Under the pieces are notes generated by a model that ran no database searches, had not been told where the DNA came from, and worked only from the letters and a program-made list of their open reading frames with translations. From NCBI GenBank assembly GCA_000960865.2, contig JZWU02000022.1, forward strand, positions 1 through 28,532: a stretch of DNA of 28,532 bases. The letters are read 5' to 3'. Both the position numbers and the translations under genes were made by a program. Source of the stretch: Vulcanisaeta sp. AZ3 (GTDB taxonomy: Archaea; Thermoproteota; Thermoprotei; Thermoproteales; Thermocladiaceae). This document shows, piece by piece, positions 26,973-28,532 of the stretch (within the stretch, counting starts at the first letter, position 1; the number at the start of each line of letters is the position of its first letter).

Positions 26973-27908
26973 ATGGTGAACGTATTAATAACAGATGCCG
27001 TGGATGAATACATAATAAACACCCTAAAAGATAAGGGCTTCAACGTCGACTATAAACCCGGCATTAATAAAGAGGATTTACTAAAGACCATTAGCGAATA
27101 TGACGCATTAATCGTTAGAAGCAGAACCAAGGTTGACAAAGACATCATAAACGCCGGATCCAGGTTAAGACTAATCGCAAGAGCCGGTGTTGGACTCGAC
27201 AACATTGACGTTGAATACGCCAAATCCAAAGGCATTGAAGTCATAAACGCCCCAGAAGGCTCCACAGAATCCGCCGCCGAATTAACCATAGGCCTCATGA
27301 TAGCCGCAGCCAGATTAATACCACTACAGAATAGTTTAATCAAGAACGGCGATTGGCCAAAAGGCAAGTACGTAGGCATTGAACTTCAAGACAAAACCCT
27401 AGGCATTATTGGCTTTGGAAGGATTGGACAGAGAGTCTCCACAATCGCCAAAGCTCTAGGCATGGACGTAATTGCCTACGACGTAATTGACATATCGAGG
27501 AAAGCCAACGAACTTGGCGTGAGAACCGTGAGTTTTGACGATCTACTTAAGGTTAGTGACATCATTACCATACACGTAACCCTAACACCACAGTCATACC
27601 ACATGATAGGCCCTAGGGAATTCGAACTCATGAAGAATGGCGTAATAATAATAAACACCTCAAGAGGCGAAGTAATCGACACAAAGGCACTCCTCAACGC
27701 CCTAAACACAGGCAAAATAGCCGCAGCCGCACTCGACGTACTCGAACACGAACCACCCAAGGAACCCTGGGAATTAGAACTAATCAAACACCCCAAGGTC
27801 ATAATCACACCACACATCGGCGCCGAAACCAAAGAAGCACAGAGAAGAATCGCAGAAATACTTGTAAATAAGATCATAAACATTCTATCGAAGCATCCCC
27901 AAGCCTAA
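26973..27908 (+). CDS. serA: D-3-phosphoglycerate dehydrogenase-like D-2-hydroxyacid dehydrogenase (short, no ACT domain)
   Basis: VRSRTKV, RAGVGLDNID, GFGRIG, NTSRG, LDVLEHEP, TPHIGA. GGAGG upstream. Confidence 0.8.
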   Translation: MVNVLITDAVDEYIINTLKDKGFNVDYKPGINKEDLLKTISEYDALIVRSRTKVDKDIINAGSRLRLIARAGVGLDNIDVEYAKSKGIEVINAPEGSTESAAELTIGLMIAAARLIPLQNSLIKNGDWPKGKYVGIELQDKTLGIIGFGRIGQRVSTIAKALGMDVIAYDVIDISRKANELGVRTVSFDDLLKVSDIITIHVTLTPQSYHMIGPREFELMKNGVIIINTSRGEVIDTKALLNALNTGKIAAAALDVLEHEPPKEPWELELIKHPKVIITPHIGAETKEAQRRIAEILVNKIINILSKHPQA

Positions 27909-28176
27909 CCCTGCCCCCTTAATTTAGAATTCACCCTAGTAATTATATCCACAGCCCTCCCTAACAAGTCAACCCTCTCAGGCCTTATTATGAAATTCTC
28001 ATCACCAATCGCATACTCAACATCACACTCACCACCCCTACACAATATCGATATATACACACTGAAATCCTCACCCAAATCCACAACAACCACCCTCTCA
28101 TCCCCATACCCCTCAACACTAAACCTAAGCCCAACCCCCTCAAAAGCCCCAACACCTCCTCAAACACATCAACCAT
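27905..28176 (-). pseudogene. Small hypothetical gene split by a single-base frameshift in G runs
   Basis: MVDVFEEVLGLLRGLG continues in the -1 frame as LRFSVEGYGDERVVVVDLGEDF...; joined length about 90 aa. Confidence 0.55.
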
Positions 28177-28280
28177 ACCAAACCCAAACATCTTAGAGCA
28201 TTAAAGACCTTTACCAAAACACAAACAGCCCAAACCCACCACACAAACACAAACACGAAAGACGCTTTTGCTTCATGCCA

Positions 28281-28532
28281 TCATTCTCCAACTTCTCCGC
28301 CGAAGGATGATGTCGCCCTGAGGTACCTAATTATTGACACAATCGCGTAGACCAACAACGCAACAACTATGATTGTCACGATCGTATTAATAATTGGATT
28401 GACCGAGTTGAAATAATTGTACTGTGGAGGTATGATTATGCCAGCGCTTTTGAAAGCAGTAAGTATGATCGATATTATTATTGCTACTATTGCTCTTACT
28501 AGTGCCGCACTGAGGTTCCTACTCATCGACAC
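28281..28532 (-). CDS. Small two-TM membrane protein (may be 5' truncated by window)
   Basis: Two hydrophobic helices in an 83 aa ORF at the window edge. Confidence 0.6.
   Translation of the reverse strand: MSMSRNLSAALVRAIVAIIISIILTAFKSAGIIIPPQYNYFNSVNPIINTIVTIIVVALLVYAIVSIIRYLRATSSFGGEVGE

Noticed and set aside
28210-28260. ACAAAC-like short repeats as CRISPR or tandem array
   Set aside because: Irregular low-complexity A/C tract with no repeat-spacer periodicity.

Overview
Archaeal chromosomal window. Gene content, AGG/ATA codon style, leaderless TATA promoters and a CydAA'-type oxidase point to Thermoproteaceae, probably Vulcanisaeta/Caldivirga-like (inference). It holds about 26 protein genes: transporters, an Lrp regulator next to tandem 7Fe-type ferredoxins, TatD, stand-alone rps17, cysteine synthase, a class III aminotransferase, a co-oriented redox cluster (mini-NuoE/NuoF, formate dehydrogenase alpha, CoA-disulfide reductase, CydA/CydA'), a ferritin-like protein, Nre plus a radical SAM protein, a CinA-N protein, a lone serine recombinase and a SerA-like dehydrogenase. 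The most notable unannotated signals are: (1) a promoter-driven K-turn hairpin RNA at 3900-3956 (-) that looks like an ACA-less pseudouridylation guide with a plausible 23S peptidyl-transferase-centre target; (2) an 11-24-11 inverted repeat conserved upstream of both ferredoxin promoters; (3) a solo IS200/IS605-type hairpin end; (4) two genes broken by single-base frameshifts; (5) res-like dyads upstream of the recombinase. No CRISPR array, tRNA or rRNA was seen.
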